Of a stretch of DNA of 32,000 nt, positions 1 through 10,610 are shown in pieces. Both the position numbers and the translations under genes were made by a program. The notes below the pieces were generated by a model. It saw only the letters and a program-made list of their open reading frames with translations, had not been told where the DNA came from and searched no databases. The number at the start of each line of letters is the position of its first letter. Position 1 is the first letter of the stretch. The stretch is from Promethearchaeum syntrophicum (GTDB lineage: Archaea; Asgardarchaeota; Lokiarchaeia; Sigyniarchaeales; Promethearchaeaceae). The stretch lies in assembly GCF_008000775.2 (NCBI RefSeq), contig NZ_CP042905.2, positions 4,080,001 to 4,112,000 on the forward strand, written 5' to 3'.

Positions 1-699
1 AATGAAAAAGTTTTTATTGATAAAAAACCCGAGAATTGGGATAAAAAATGGTATTTTGGATACAGAGATATTTCTGGAACGGATAATGAAAGAAGTTTCA
101 TAATTTCTGTATTTCCGCATAGTCCTTTTGTAAGTACTCTTAATGTTATAACAACAGATAAATTTAGGAATGAATTTATTTGCTTAATAGCTAACTTATC
201 ATCAATCATCTTTGATTTTATTGCTAGGAATAAAATTTCGGGGATCCATTTCTCTCAATATATTGTTAAGCAACTACCTGTATTTCCACCAGAAGTGTAT
301 TCAAAAGATCTCTTATTTCAAATCAAAAAAAGAGTTATAGAACTTGTTTATACATCTTCGGAAATGAATACTTTTATTACTGATTTTGGTTTCAAAGAGG
401 AATTAAAACCTTACAACTGGAAAGAAGAGAGAAGAGAGAAATTAAAAGCAGAGTTAGATGCAATATTTTCTTTAATGTACGGTTATAATAGAGAAAACCT
501 TCAATATATATTAAATACTTTTTCAAGATTACGAACAAATGAATTGAAATTACTTGGGGAGTTCAGAACAAAAAGACTGATCCTTGAATCTTATGATAAT
601 TTTGATTCCGATCCAAAATTAGGACCATTATTTCGACTAGAATCTATTAATTTGAAAAAAATAAATAGCAATTATTTAGCCAGAAGTGAAATAAAATGA
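1..699 (+). CDS. C-terminal part of a large DNA methyltransferase / type IIG-like R-M protein (5' end lies outside the window)
   Basis: Frame 1 is open from base 1 to the TGA at 697-699. The track start at 295 is only an internal GTG. The tail motifs [46 protein letters not shown] and [14 protein letters not shown] resemble, from memory, the conserved C-terminal region of Eco57I/gamma-class N6-adenine methylases that sit beside defence helicases. The stop overlaps the next start (ATGA at 696-699). Confidence 0.5.
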   Translation, partial: NEKVFIDKKPENWDKKWYFGYRDISGTDNERSFIISVFPHSPFVSTLNVITTDKFRNEFICLIANLSSIIFDFIARNKISGIHFSQYIVKQLPVFPPEVYSKDLLFQIKKRVIELVYTSSEMNTFITDFGFKEELKPYNWKEERREKLKAELDAIFSLMYGYNRENLQYILNTFSRLRTNELKLLGEFRTKRLILESYDNFDSDPKLGPLFRLESINLKKINSNYLARSEIK

Positions 700-3600
700 A
701 AAATATATTCTTACAAATTAAAACAATTCAAGAGCAATATAAATCCTTTATCCGCTCTTACCAGAAATTCAACAACCCAAAAATTCGTGATTGGGTTCAC
801 AAACAAATAGAAAGTGGAGGATTTATTTATCAGAATCCTGTCATTGATATTTCTCCCCAGTATAAGAAAGGTAAAAAACTTGAGGATTTCATCAGTGATT
901 CCACACTTCATCAAGAGATATCGGATATATTCTGGGCGGATAAAGATAATAAATCCATCAAGATTCATCCATACATTCATCAAGAACAAGCAATTCAGAA
1001 AACGGTTGCAGAAAATAAGAATATTATCGTTAGCACGGGAACGGGTTCAGGAAAATCAATGTGTTTTTGGATCCCAATTGTTTCACATTGCTTGAATGTA
1101 AAGGGTTCCAAAGGAGTAAAGACAATTGTTATCTATCCCATGAATGCACTTGCAAATTCACAATATCTGGATATTGTAGAAAGACTTCATGGTACAGGAA
1201 TAACGGTCGCAAAATATACGGGCGAAATGAAGAACACAGAAGAGCAAGCCCGAAATTATATTCAAAATGTTATTAAACGCAATATTTTCGATAGTGAAAT
1301 TGTTTCTCGCGAAGCAGTGGAAAAGAACCCACCAGATATTCTTATAACAAATTACAAAATGCTTGAATTGTTACTCACAAGGCATTTCAACCAGAAAATT
1401 TTCCGTGATAATGAAAAGGGGACCTTAAAATTTCTGGTTTTGGATGAAATCCATACATATAGTGGAAACAGCGGTGCAGATGTCGGATGTCTGATACGAA
1501 GGACAAAAGAGAAATTAAAAATGGATAAACCTATATGTATCGGAACTAGCGCAACAATAGAAGATACATCATCAATCAAAGGCAATATCATAAAAGAATT
1601 TGCAGAGAATATTTTTGGCGAACCCTTTCCTGATGATTTTCTCATTCAAGCAGAATATCTTGAAGAAATTATTCCTTCAGAAAAAACCATAGAATTACCA
1701 GATAAATCTAAGGTTAATCCGAAAGACATTGAAAAATTTAATAATTCTATTGGAAATACACTCCCGTTAGCAAAATCCCTTGTGAAATCAGAAGAAATCA
1801 TCCCTTCCTCACCTAATGAAAAGAATCTTGGCGAAATTTTCCAATATCATCCCACACTCGCTTTTATTAAGACACAAATTCGAGATACAGGACCTCAAAC
1901 AATTGAAAACATAGCAACTCTCTACCAAAAGTTGCAACGCAAGACCTTATCGATCGATGAATGTATTTTAGAGATAAAAGCAGGGTTATTGGTGGGTACA
2001 TTTTGCCAAGCGAAATTTGAGAATAAATATAGGTCTATTTTAGTTCCCAAAATCCATTTATTTTTCACCCAAGGAACGGTTATTCATGGTACATTAACTT
2101 CAAATGATCCTAATGATATAAAATTGGACATAAGTGGTGATAAAACACTTAATATCAAGGGAAATAAATCGGATGAAATACAGAATCGCGAAATACCTAT
2201 TTTTCCACTTGTGTTTTGTAAGCAATGTGGTTCGGAATTCTTTGGAGTGAAAGAAATGGAAAACGGCTTTTTATCCTCAGAATATTATAATCCATTTATT
2301 TCAGGACAGAGATTAATTATTTCCAAAATGGACGATACCAATCATACGCTCCATGATCTCGGAATTCCACCTGAATGGTTTAAAAGAGATGGGGGTATAC
2401 GTAAAAATTATATAGATAAAGTTCCTCAGAAAGCCTATTATTCCCCAAAACATAACATATTAAATCCGGAGTTAGATGATCCAGATAAGTTTTCCGTCTG
2501 GATTATCCCTGAAAGTTTTGAATTTTGCCCTAAATGTGCTGTTATTCATTCCAGTAATACAAGTAGGTTTCGTAAATTTTATTCATTTGATATTGTTGGT
2601 CGAAGTACAGCAACTGATATTTTAGTCTCAAATGCACTTACAGTACTTGAAAAGAAGCAGAAAAAAATTCTTATATTCTCGGATAATAGACAAGAAACAG
2701 CATTTCAAGCAGGCCATCTTAGAGATTTTCAAAGAAGAGTTTCATTCCAGCATGTAATGACCCATACATTAAAAATATTAAGTTCAAATAATGAATTTTT
2801 AGAACCAGGATATACTGGAAAAGATATATTTGCTAATATGAAAAAGATCTATGACTCAAATCCAGATATTGATTTTAAACTACCTTATGTTGAAGGTAAG
2901 CGTGAAAGCCGAGCGGAACGGCATTTCAAGGAATTTTTGGAATTCCTTGCATTATCTGAATTAAAATCTTCTAGTTATATTCTCCATACTGGAGTAGAAC
3001 GCTTTGGATTATTAAAGATTGTATACACTGGACTGGAAAAGCTAATTTCAAACACATCATTATGGTCTTCTGTACCCTCTCTATTAACACTTACTGATGA
3101 ACGACGATACGATTTGATTAGAGGTATTTTAGATGAGATAAGATGGTTTGGTGCAATTAACCATGATTTTCTAAATAAAACGGGAGATCACCTATCCAAT
3201 TGGGAAGATCATATACTACCACACTTCATGCAAGATCCAGGGGATTTCTTTTACAGAATATATGGCTATTCAGATGAGGAATTGAAGCAAGGAAAAAGGT
3301 TTAAAGGTCCACGGGTCATAACTCGAAAATTTAGCACACCCAGATCAACATTGAATAACTGGCTGAGAACTTTTATCAAAGTGAAAGCTGAAGAAGCATC
3401 GGAGATTTTGCTTTCAATTAAGGATGTTTTAATTCACAATGAATATTTAAATAAATTTACGACTTCTGTTGATTATAAAAATATCATTCAAGTTAATCCA
3501 AATAAAATAGAAATGCACTATAATCCAGATTCTAAAGTGAATTATTGCACGAAATGTCAGAGAGTTTATAATTTTAAAACAGTTGATGAATGTATTAGAA

Positions 3601-6104
3601 AAAGTTGTAGAGGAAAACTTGTTCTAACTGATTTCAATAATGATTACTATTATCGACTTTATAATTCTGAAATAAAACTGGATTCGAATATCCGACCTAG
3701 TGAACATAATGCATCACTAAAAGTTGACGATCGTGCAGATATTGAAAACAAATTCATAAAGCAATTCTTGAATGTATTGGTATCAACACCCACTATGGAG
3801 CTAGGTATTGATATAGGGAGTCTTTCTGCAGTTCTCCTACGAAATGTTCCTCCAGATGCAAGTAGATATGCCCAGAGGGCAGGTAGGGCAGGTAGATCAG
3901 GACAGACATCATTTGTGATGGTATTTTGTTCGTCAGGATTGTCTTCTAATAGGGGCCCACATGATAGATATTTCTACAAAAATCCAGAGAAAATCATTGC
4001 AGGACGTATTACTCCACCCCAGTTTGAACTAAATAACAAAAAATTGATTCAGAAGCATATTAACTCAATTATTATCCAAACAATTTCAAGTCATTTTAAA
4101 TTTGATAGGATGCCCAAACTGATATTTAAGGTAGAACATAAAGTAACGCCCCCCATTGTGGAATTAAATGAGGAATATAGTAAAGAACTTCAAGATGCCT
4201 TGAATTCCCATGAAACACGGATAATTAATTCAATTAGAAATATTTTCAGTAAGGAACTTGAAAGAACTGAATTCTCATGGCTCAATGAAACTTTGATTAT
4301 GAATTACGTGAAAAACTTCACCAATAGATTAAATGAAAATTACGGATTTTTCAGAAGATTACTTATCGAATACATTTTGGATCAAAGAAAATTGGAAGAT
4401 CTAATATTCGGAACAAGAAATAAAGAATTGGAAAGGAGGAAAATAACAATTTCAATTCAAATTGCAAAGATGCTAACAGGTGATGATGAATTTTTCATAT
4501 TTAATTACTTATCGGATCATGGATTTCTCCCAAATTATGGATTTTCATCAAGCAATACTGCAATACAAATGTATAAAAGCAGACCACCGAATATGGGAGA
4601 ACATGTATTTCATAGAGAAGCAATTATTGCCTTGAGAGAATTCGCGCCCCTTAACTCGATTTATTTCATGGGCTCCAAATATAGAGTAAATCGGGCAAAT
4701 TTACAGAATCAAGATGGTGAAAATGTTGGGATGGATAAGTGTTATATATGTGAAGATTGTAATTATATTGATTTTGGAACAGCAGTTGATACACGGCAGT
4801 ATTGTCCTATGTGTGGTGCATCAATAACTCCAAGTAGAGATATTCACAATTGCATTCCTTTCCCAACCATGAAGGCATCTTCGGGTGATTATATTGGATG
4901 TGATGAAGAACAAAGATCCATTAAATATTATGATGTAGTGGTTAATTACAAAGAACAACCTGAAAAAATGGAATATTTCGAGATAGATTCAAATGATGGA
5001 AATGTGTATGTAAAAGGTTCTTTTGATAGAGATGCACTTATTTACCATATAAATAAGGGACAAATTTCTTTCAATCCTGCAAATGATCAAAAATCAACTC
5101 CTTTCAATTTTTGTCTGGCATGTAACCAATGGGTTTCAGCAAAACGCGTGGAAGAGCACTTAACTGATGGAACAAAATTCTCTTGTAGAAATAAGCCAGT
5201 AGAAAGCGATATTCTAAAAGACCTGCTTCTTTTTACTAAGGGAACCCATGATGTAATAAAACTTAAATTTTCAATCTCAGATGAAATCATACAAAAAGGA
5301 GAAATGGAGATTGCTAAATACTATATTACGGTGAAAGAAGTTATTTTACAATCGATTCTAACCTCATTTAATTTATCGGAGCGAGAATTAGGAGGATTTA
5401 TACTTCCAATTCCAAATTCTAATGAGAAACACATTGTCATTTATGAATCCGAAGAGGGGGGAATGGGTGTATTAAAATCATTAATACATAAGGAAGATCG
5501 ATGGAATAGATTCTTAAAGAATATATTGGAACTAATACACATTAAGCAAGCAGATCCATTTGAAGAATATCCCGATAGTTGTAATAAGGTATGTTATAAT
5601 TGCTTACTCGGTTATTGGAACCAAAGAGAACATAATTATTTAGATAGACAAGTAGTAATTCCTCTAGTTTTATTGCTATCTGATTCTAAGATTAAAATGG
5701 TTTCCGTCAATCCTATAGAAATTCAGATGCAAAAGCTCAAAAATCTTCTCGGAGCAGGCCCCGATTCACATCTTGAGGTCAGAATTTTGGATTTCATGCT
5801 TTCTATGAAAATTCCACTTCCAGATGAAGCTCAATATAATATCAAGATTAAAAATGATGAAGGAGAAGAGTATATAGTAACATCAGCGGATTTCTATTAT
5901 AAGAATAAGAATATCTGTGTGTTTGTGGATGGTCCACCTCATGCAAAAACTCAAGAATCAGACAAAGAAAAAAGACGTAAAGTAAGGAGCACGGGAAAAG
6001 GAGTTTACGAGATGGATTTCTTTACTGGGATCGAAGAAGGACAATCAATACCTGATGAATTAATTGAAAAACGTCTAAATGAATTCAAGAATTATATTTC
6101 TTAA
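696..6104 (+). CDS. Giant SF2 DExH helicase fused to a DUF1998 (MrfA/DrmB-type Zn-binding) domain and a C-terminal Vsr/DUF559-like endonuclease-fold domain
   Basis: Helicase motifs: Walker [10 protein letters not shown], Ia [10 protein letters not shown], Ib [58 protein letters not shown]. Several CxxC zinc knuckles are present ([32 protein letters not shown]). The DUF1998-type end reads [10 protein letters not shown] ... [18 protein letters not shown]. The final ~110 aa ([43 protein letters not shown]) look like a DUF559/Vsr PD-(D/E)xK core, although the usual E before DG is not obvious. Confidence 0.85.
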   Translation: MKNIFLQIKTIQEQYKSFIRSYQKFNNPKIRDWVHKQIESGGFIYQNPVIDISPQYKKGKKLEDFISDSTLHQEISDIFWADKDNKSIKIHPYIHQEQAIQKTVAENKNIIVSTGTGSGKSMCFWIPIVSHCLNVKGSKGVKTIVIYPMNALANSQYLDIVERLHGTGITVAKYTGEMKNTEEQARNYIQNVIKRNIFDSEIVSREAVEKNPPDILITNYKMLELLLTRHFNQKIFRDNEKGTLKFLVLDEIHTYSGNSGADVGCLIRRTKEKLKMDKPICIGTSATIEDTSSIKGNIIKEFAENIFGEPFPDDFLIQAEYLEEIIPSEKTIELPDKSKVNPKDIEKFNNSIGNTLPLAKSLVKSEEIIPSSPNEKNLGEIFQYHPTLAFIKTQIRDTGPQTIENIATLYQKLQRKTLSIDECILEIKAGLLVGTFCQAKFENKYRSILVPKIHLFFTQGTVIHGTLTSNDPNDIKLDISGDKTLNIKGNKSDEIQNREIPIFPLVFCKQCGSEFFGVKEMENGFLSSEYYNPFISGQRLIISKMDDTNHTLHDLGIPPEWFKRDGGIRKNYIDKVPQKAYYSPKHNILNPELDDPDKFSVWIIPESFEFCPKCAVIHSSNTSRFRKFYSFDIVGRSTATDILVSNALTVLEKKQKKILIFSDNRQETAFQAGHLRDFQRRVSFQHVMTHTLKILSSNNEFLEPGYTGKDIFANMKKIYDSNPDIDFKLPYVEGKRESRAERHFKEFLEFLALSELKSSSYILHTGVERFGLLKIVYTGLEKLISNTSLWSSVPSLLTLTDERRYDLIRGILDEIRWFGAINHDFLNKTGDHLSNWEDHILPHFMQDPGDFFYRIYGYSDEELKQGKRFKGPRVITRKFSTPRSTLNNWLRTFIKVKAEEASEILLSIKDVLIHNEYLNKFTTSVDYKNIIQVNPNKIEMHYNPDSKVNYCTKCQRVYNFKTVDECIRKSCRGKLVLTDFNNDYYYRLYNSEIKLDSNIRPSEHNASLKVDDRADIENKFIKQFLNVLVSTPTMELGIDIGSLSAVLLRNVPPDASRYAQRAGRAGRSGQTSFVMVFCSSGLSSNRGPHDRYFYKNPEKIIAGRITPPQFELNNKKLIQKHINSIIIQTISSHFKFDRMPKLIFKVEHKVTPPIVELNEEYSKELQDALNSHETRIINSIRNIFSKELERTEFSWLNETLIMNYVKNFTNRLNENYGFFRRLLIEYILDQRKLEDLIFGTRNKELERRKITISIQIAKMLTGDDEFFIFNYLSDHGFLPNYGFSSSNTAIQMYKSRPPNMGEHVFHREAIIALREFAPLNSIYFMGSKYRVNRANLQNQDGENVGMDKCYICEDCNYIDFGTAVDTRQYCPMCGASITPSRDIHNCIPFPTMKASSGDYIGCDEEQRSIKYYDVVVNYKEQPEKMEYFEIDSNDGNVYVKGSFDRDALIYHINKGQISFNPANDQKSTPFNFCLACNQWVSAKRVEEHLTDGTKFSCRNKPVESDILKDLLLFTKGTHDVIKLKFSISDEIIQKGEMEIAKYYITVKEVILQSILTSFNLSERELGGFILPIPNSNEKHIVIYESEEGGMGVLKSLIHKEDRWNRFLKNILELIHIKQADPFEEYPDSCNKVCYNCLLGYWNQREHNYLDRQVVIPLVLLLSDSKIKMVSVNPIEIQMQKLKNLLGAGPDSHLEVRILDFMLSMKIPLPDEAQYNIKIKNDEGEEYIVTSADFYYKNKNICVFVDGPPHAKTQESDKEKRRKVRSTGKGVYEMDFFTGIEEGQSIPDELIEKRLNEFKNYIS

Positions 6105-6106
6105 CC

Positions 6107-6130
6107 AAAAATGATGATAAATTTTGCAGA
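6107..6130 (+). repeat. Variant copy of the inter-module repeat (aaaatgatgataaattttgcaga)
   Basis: It lies 3 nt after the helicase stop. It resembles the ATGA(A/G)ATGATAAATCTGCA form seen at 10498-10516 and 16691-16709, but needs a gap to align. Confidence 0.3.
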
Positions 6131-6192
6131 TTCTTTTAAAAGCAAATATTATCATTATTAGAATAATTTTTTTTATTTTCAGGTCAAAAAAA

Positions 6193-7128
6193 TTAATCTT
6201 CTTCTTCAATTTCGATTTTTCTTGCTAAAAATAATCCCCAATTTTGTTTTTGCTTTCGTTTTAGAGGAGAATATAAAGTGATTTTTAGGTTTGATTCACA
6301 AAGAGAGATATTCAGAAGATTTATTTTGGATTTGTTAAAAGATTGAAAATCTGATATCAAATTAAAAAGACTATGCATTTGTTTGATAGAAAAGAAGAAT
6401 TGATTCTTGCTCTTAATTTTTTGTTGGATAATTTGATGGTATTCACTCTCTTTCTCAATTATAAAAATCCTCAGTGAATCATTAAAATTTTTTTCTAAAA
6501 CATGGCAATTTTTGTAATGATATGAATCCCCCCAATTTTTTAGGGGAGATTCCTTCTCAAAATTCTTCTTAGAATCTAATTTTGAAGGAATCTGAATCTT
6601 ATTGGTGAAATCTAAAAAGATTGTTATTGATAGATCTACTGGTTCTATTTTGAGAATTGATGTACTATATGGTGAGATTTTCACATCATCACATTGTTTT
6701 TTCTTGAGAAGGGTGTTTAATTTTGAGATAATGGGTAGAATTCTGCAAAATTCAATAGAGTAAGTATTTAGAACCTTTTGTGAGTCTAAAATTGAATGAT
6801 GGTCAGTTATTCCTAATATACCCAACTCACCTAGTGCTAGATGAGAATTCACAATGTTAGGGAAAAATTGACCCCAAAATTCAGCATAACCACTAATATT
6901 CTTTGAAATCTTAACTTTTTTTGGATCTTTTTCGAATAGTGTAATCTGAGTAAGCTTTTGTTGATTTTTTCTTATCATCGATTTCTGGAGCAATGACTTA
7001 TTCAAATCAATCATACGGTTTTTGAGATTAAAACTTGCAGAATTTATGAATCTATTTAAATCAGATTGAATCAATTTGCTTTCTAAATTTCTATCTTCTT
7101 TTTTTGCTTTCAAAATTTTCCTTCTCAT
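6193..7128 (-). CDS. Hypothetical protein, 311 aa, last gene of the minus-strand operon
   Basis: A long uninterrupted ORF in the same orientation as the two upstream genes, with K/N/I-rich composition like its neighbours. I recognise no motif. Confidence 0.6.
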   Translation of the reverse strand: MRRKILKAKKEDRNLESKLIQSDLNRFINSASFNLKNRMIDLNKSLLQKSMIRKNQQKLTQITLFEKDPKKVKISKNISGYAEFWGQFFPNIVNSHLALGELGILGITDHHSILDSQKVLNTYSIEFCRILPIISKLNTLLKKKQCDDVKISPYSTSILKIEPVDLSITIFLDFTNKIQIPSKLDSKKNFEKESPLKNWGDSYHYKNCHVLEKNFNDSLRIFIIEKESEYHQIIQQKIKSKNQFFFSIKQMHSLFNLISDFQSFNKSKINLLNISLCESNLKITLYSPLKRKQKQNWGLFLARKIEIEEED

Positions 7129-7263
7129 TCATTTTTTTACTTCAAGATTAAAAATATCGACAATATTCTTATTACTAAAACCAAGTAGCTATAATTTTCA
7201 ATAGAATTTTAAATTTCATCGCACAATTAATAACCCGTAAATAATCCATTATTAAAAGAACAA

Positions 7264-7629
7264 TTAGTTTCCTTCTTTTTCTTTACATGCTAATATTTTC
7301 TTTTTAGTTTTTTCATTAATTGGGAAATCACCGTATTTCAAAGATATTTCATACCAGACTAAAGCATCTTTGAATTTTCCTTCTATTTGATAAATTTCAC
7401 CTTTAGAATCACTATAATTTGCGAGTTTTTCATATTTAGAATGTAGTTCTTTATCAGACGCGTTTTTTACAAAATCTAAAACTTCATCAATTATTTCGTG
7501 GACACGTTCGAATTCTCTCAAATATCCCATATTATATGCATCTAAATTAAACAACCAGAAGGTTACATAAATCAATTCACGAATCTCATAAAATCTAAAT
7601 AATTTATTTGTTTCTTCGTATCTTTTCAA
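7264..7629 (-). CDS. Small hypothetical protein with a TPR-like C-terminal helix pair
   Basis: 121-aa ORF lying 32 nt downstream of the 850-aa gene. LANYSDSKGEIYQIEGKFKDALVWYEISLKYG has a TPR-like residue pattern. Confidence 0.5.
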   Translation of the reverse strand: MKRYEETNKLFRFYEIRELIYVTFWLFNLDAYNMGYLREFERVHEIIDEVLDFVKNASDKELHSKYEKLANYSDSKGEIYQIEGKFKDALVWYEISLKYGDFPINEKTKKKILACKEKEGN

Positions 7630-7661
7630 CCGAGATAATGCAAATATTTTGGAACTCCTAT

Positions 7662-10214
7662 CTATTCTTTTCCTTTATATTTATATCCAAGTAATTCATC
7701 GATCCTTGGGGGTAAGATTTCGCGGCATTCATCGGCGGCTATTTCATCCATATCTTCTCCATGTGCACTCGGATTGCGAAATCTAATTGCGATTTCCTTA
7801 AATGAGTTGACAAAATCTTTATCTTTAAAAATCATGGAGCTGAATTCTTCTAAAAGAAATTGTTTAAAATGTTGTATCAGTGGACTTTTTTTAAGTGTTT
7901 TTTTGCCTCCAGCAAAATTAAGATAATTATTCATATCTCCCAGTGTAATTTTTAATCGTGTTCCAGAATTGGTTCTTAAACTTTGAATTTCCTTTGCAAA
8001 TTTATAAGTTTTATCAAATTTCAAATTAATTTCATCGGACAAAAAATTATCTATATCTTCTAAATGAATATTAAGATATTCGATAAAAGGAAGAAATATT
8101 TTACTTTTTGCTTCTCTCTCAAAGGATTTACAGTAATTATCAATTACTCCATTGTACATTGTATATTTAGTATACTTATATGATTCGTATTGTTGCTCCG
8201 CTTGAGGTAAGACATCTTTACTGAAATCTGTTAGATAATCCCAGAATTTTATTTTTTCTTTTAGCATCGCGATACAATTCATAGAAAAATCTTGGTAGAA
8301 TTCTGCCATGAATAAGGAGAAATCCAGTTTAGAACGATCAGAATCAGATGATTCATTTTGTTTAGAATCAAGATCTTGAATGAAACTGGTAAAATCTGGA
8401 ATTTCATTAATAACTAAAAATTGACCACCTGAAAAACAATAAAGATTTTCACCAGTAATAAGAAAAGCTTTCTTTATCTTATGGTCCTTACACAAATCTA
8501 CATATTTCTGATGAATTTCCTTCAAATCTAAAAATTTATCCCGAATGAAGATAAATGAAATCAACTCTTCATTCTGGAACAACGCTATGTCGATTATTTC
8601 GGTATCTAGAATCAAATCCGACTTACATTCCCAAGATTTCTGTCTGAGAGAATCCATATAAATCATTAACATTTTTCTATAACGTAAATATACCGGGACG
8701 GAGTTATCTGATAAATCTTCTAAACTTGATTGATCCAAAATGGGGATCTGTAAGGATTTGAGATCATCGATAGAAATATGTAATCCTCTCATTGTTTTAT
8801 TAACAAGAGTTGTGAAAATTCGCTTACCAGCTTCAGTATTGAAGAAGATTAAGTTTAAATATGAAGGAAATTGAAGAGAACGGATAACAATAATATTTTC
8901 GGATGCAATACATAGAGGATCTTCTTTGGAGACAATATATGTTTTAAGGGTGAGGTTATTGATGGAATGAATCGCGGGTACTAAGATATCCCCGGGTTTT
9001 AACTGAAAATTTTTGATTTTTTCAACATTCTCCATTTTAATGTATTTTTGAACAATCTCTCGGTTTCTTCTTCTTTCGTTGAATGGTTGAATTCTTCCTT
9101 CTAAAAAGTTTCGAGGTCCCACGACCATTATTTCACCAGAATTTGAGAGAATTTCCGAAATGTTCATTCTATGAATGCCTTGAAAAATTTTAGCAAATTC
9201 CCCTAAATTTTTGTAATTCAGGGATAAAATTGCATTAGATAATACACGATATTTAGGAGAATAATAATTCCAGTCCAATCGATATTGAGGGTGCTTAAAA
9301 ATATCATTAAGAGTAATTTCGATTGAATTTTGATTTTCAAGATCCACATTATTTGATTTTTCATCAAAATTCCTTAAATTAATCATTTTTATTGATGGTT
9401 TTGAAGATTTTTTTTTGATTTCTATCAAAATGAGTTCAAACCTTTGATGTACCCCTTCTATAGAACCATAAGGTAAATTAACGATTTGTTCAATGCAATA
9501 TCCTTCTAATATCTGCTTCCTTGTTTGAGTGAACCTATATCCAACGAGAAAAGATTTACCAACCAAAGCTATCATGGATCCGTTATCTTTTAATAATTTA
9601 AGTAATTTTAGAAAAAAATCGTTTCTTTTCCTTGGAGATTTTATATATGGTTCAGAAATGATATTATAGAAAATTAGATCGAATCTTTGATCTTTTTCTT
9701 TTTTTTGCTCTGGGTTAACAATATTTTCCTTTTTTGAAAAATCCAATAAGGTTCGAATTTCAGGAATCAGTGTGGATTTTTTCCCCCTTACCTTATAAAT
9801 ATCTATCAAATTAATCCCAGGATTCAAGATTTTTACAATACTTCTAAGATATTCATTTTCTTCTGTAGCAAAAATTATTGCATCTGTATCGATCCGTGCT
9901 AGAAATTCCCCATATCCAATATTAGGAATAAAAATATTAGAAAAATGCAATTTAAAGACTCTGATTTGCACTAATTTCCAAATGAGATCAGAAAATTTTG
10001 TAAATAAGATTTCTCTGTGCGGTCGTCTTGCAGTATTGACGATATATTCATTTCCCATTAAATCCAAGAGTTTGTAAAAATTAGAGTAACTGTGGTCTTT
10101 TTCTGACCGTAAAAGGTTGAGCAAAACTTCTAACCTTTTAGTTCGTTCAACTTCAATCTTTTCTTGCACAGTTGTTGTTTTTTCCATCTTTGGTTCTTCC
10201 TTTTTTAATTCCAA
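7662..10214 (-). CDS. Fusion protein: gamma-class DNA methyltransferase-like domain, TaqI_C/HsdS-like target-recognition domain and C-terminal HEPN domain
   Basis: Motif I-like IPNIGYGEFL. Motif IV position reads FDLIFYNIISEPY (SEPY instead of (D/N/S)PP(Y/F/W); codons at 9645-9665). Post-catalytic region DFFLKLLKLLKDNGSMIALVGKSFL ... RKQILEGYCIEQIVNLPYG. TRD-like LGEFAKIFQGI ... LKPGDILVPAI ... ASENIIVIR. HEPN Rx4H motif RFRNPSAHGE (RNPSAH at 7761-7778). The track start at 10214 is a TTG. An in-frame ATG at 10187 (MEKTTT) preceded by AGGAAG may be the real start. Confidence 0.7.
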   Translation of the reverse strand: MELKKEEPKMEKTTTVQEKIEVERTKRLEVLLNLLRSEKDHSYSNFYKLLDLMGNEYIVNTARRPHREILFTKFSDLIWKLVQIRVFKLHFSNIFIPNIGYGEFLARIDTDAIIFATEENEYLRSIVKILNPGINLIDIYKVRGKKSTLIPEIRTLLDFSKKENIVNPEQKKEKDQRFDLIFYNIISEPYIKSPRKRNDFFLKLLKLLKDNGSMIALVGKSFLVGYRFTQTRKQILEGYCIEQIVNLPYGSIEGVHQRFELILIEIKKKSSKPSIKMINLRNFDEKSNNVDLENQNSIEITLNDIFKHPQYRLDWNYYSPKYRVLSNAILSLNYKNLGEFAKIFQGIHRMNISEILSNSGEIMVVGPRNFLEGRIQPFNERRRNREIVQKYIKMENVEKIKNFQLKPGDILVPAIHSINNLTLKTYIVSKEDPLCIASENIIVIRSLQFPSYLNLIFFNTEAGKRIFTTLVNKTMRGLHISIDDLKSLQIPILDQSSLEDLSDNSVPVYLRYRKMLMIYMDSLRQKSWECKSDLILDTEIIDIALFQNEELISFIFIRDKFLDLKEIHQKYVDLCKDHKIKKAFLITGENLYCFSGGQFLVINEIPDFTSFIQDLDSKQNESSDSDRSKLDFSLFMAEFYQDFSMNCIAMLKEKIKFWDYLTDFSKDVLPQAEQQYESYKYTKYTMYNGVIDNYCKSFEREAKSKIFLPFIEYLNIHLEDIDNFLSDEINLKFDKTYKFAKEIQSLRTNSGTRLKITLGDMNNYLNFAGGKKTLKKSPLIQHFKQFLLEEFSSMIFKDKDFVNSFKEIAIRFRNPSAHGEDMDEIAADECREILPPRIDELLGYKYKGKE

Positions 10215-10370
10215 TTTGTTAATAGTACTTTAAATTATCGAAGAATGATACCCTTTTAATTTCTTCATAAAGTCTCTCAATCTATCAAATAAGTAGAAAT
10301 TGGAAGTTGTTAAAATTTTTAGTAGTAGTAATATCTTTTTTTCGGGGTTGTAATAAGTCTTCCTGTGGAT

Positions 10371-10516
10371 TTACAGAATGAAATGACATTTTTCTTCAAA
10401 CCTTTATATATGTTTTCGAAATTTTTACAGAATGAAATGACATGGTTTATATAGGAATGAAATGACATGGTCGCAGATAATCTGCAATTTTTACAGAATG
10501 AGATGATAAATCTGCA
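10371..10516 (+). repeat. Cluster of four copies of the inter-module repeat (core ATGAAATGACA)
   Basis: The identical 19-mer ttacagaatgaaatgacat occurs at 10371-10389 and 10425-10443. A shorter copy, ggaatgaaatgacatgg, is at 10454-10470. A variant, ttacagaatgagatgataaatctgca, is at 10491-10516. The near-palindrome gcagataatctgc is at 10473-10485. Confidence 0.85.
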
Positions 10517-10610
10517 CCACATTAAAAGAAATTTAAAAAATGAAATAAAAAAAGAATTTCGAATCATAGATATATTAAAATCCACAAACCATTTTAGATT
10601 TTACAAGAAA

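Noticed and set aside
711-1645. Track ORFs 711..989 (-), 814..1095 (+), 1061..1276 (+) and 1352..1645 (-)
   Set aside because: All lie inside the 1802-aa helicase gene in other frames or antisense, across its best-conserved motifs. Their composition is low-complexity and typical of AT-rich off-frame ORFs.
5087-5290. Track ORF 5087..5290 (-)
   Set aside because: It is antisense within the DUF1998 region of the giant gene and has no supporting signals.
7662-10214. 850-aa protein considered as part of a conventional type I or type IIG R-M system
   Set aside because: No HsdR or endonuclease domain is present in the protein or in neighbouring genes. The catalytic motif is atypical and the C-terminus is HEPN rather than a DNA nuclease.
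10371-10516. Repeat cluster considered as a small or degenerate CRISPR array
   Set aside because: The repeat units are only ~17-26 nt. Their spacing is irregular (about 54, 29 and 37 nt between unit starts) and leaves no spacer-sized unique segments. The copies differ in extent, and no cas genes or leader are evident.
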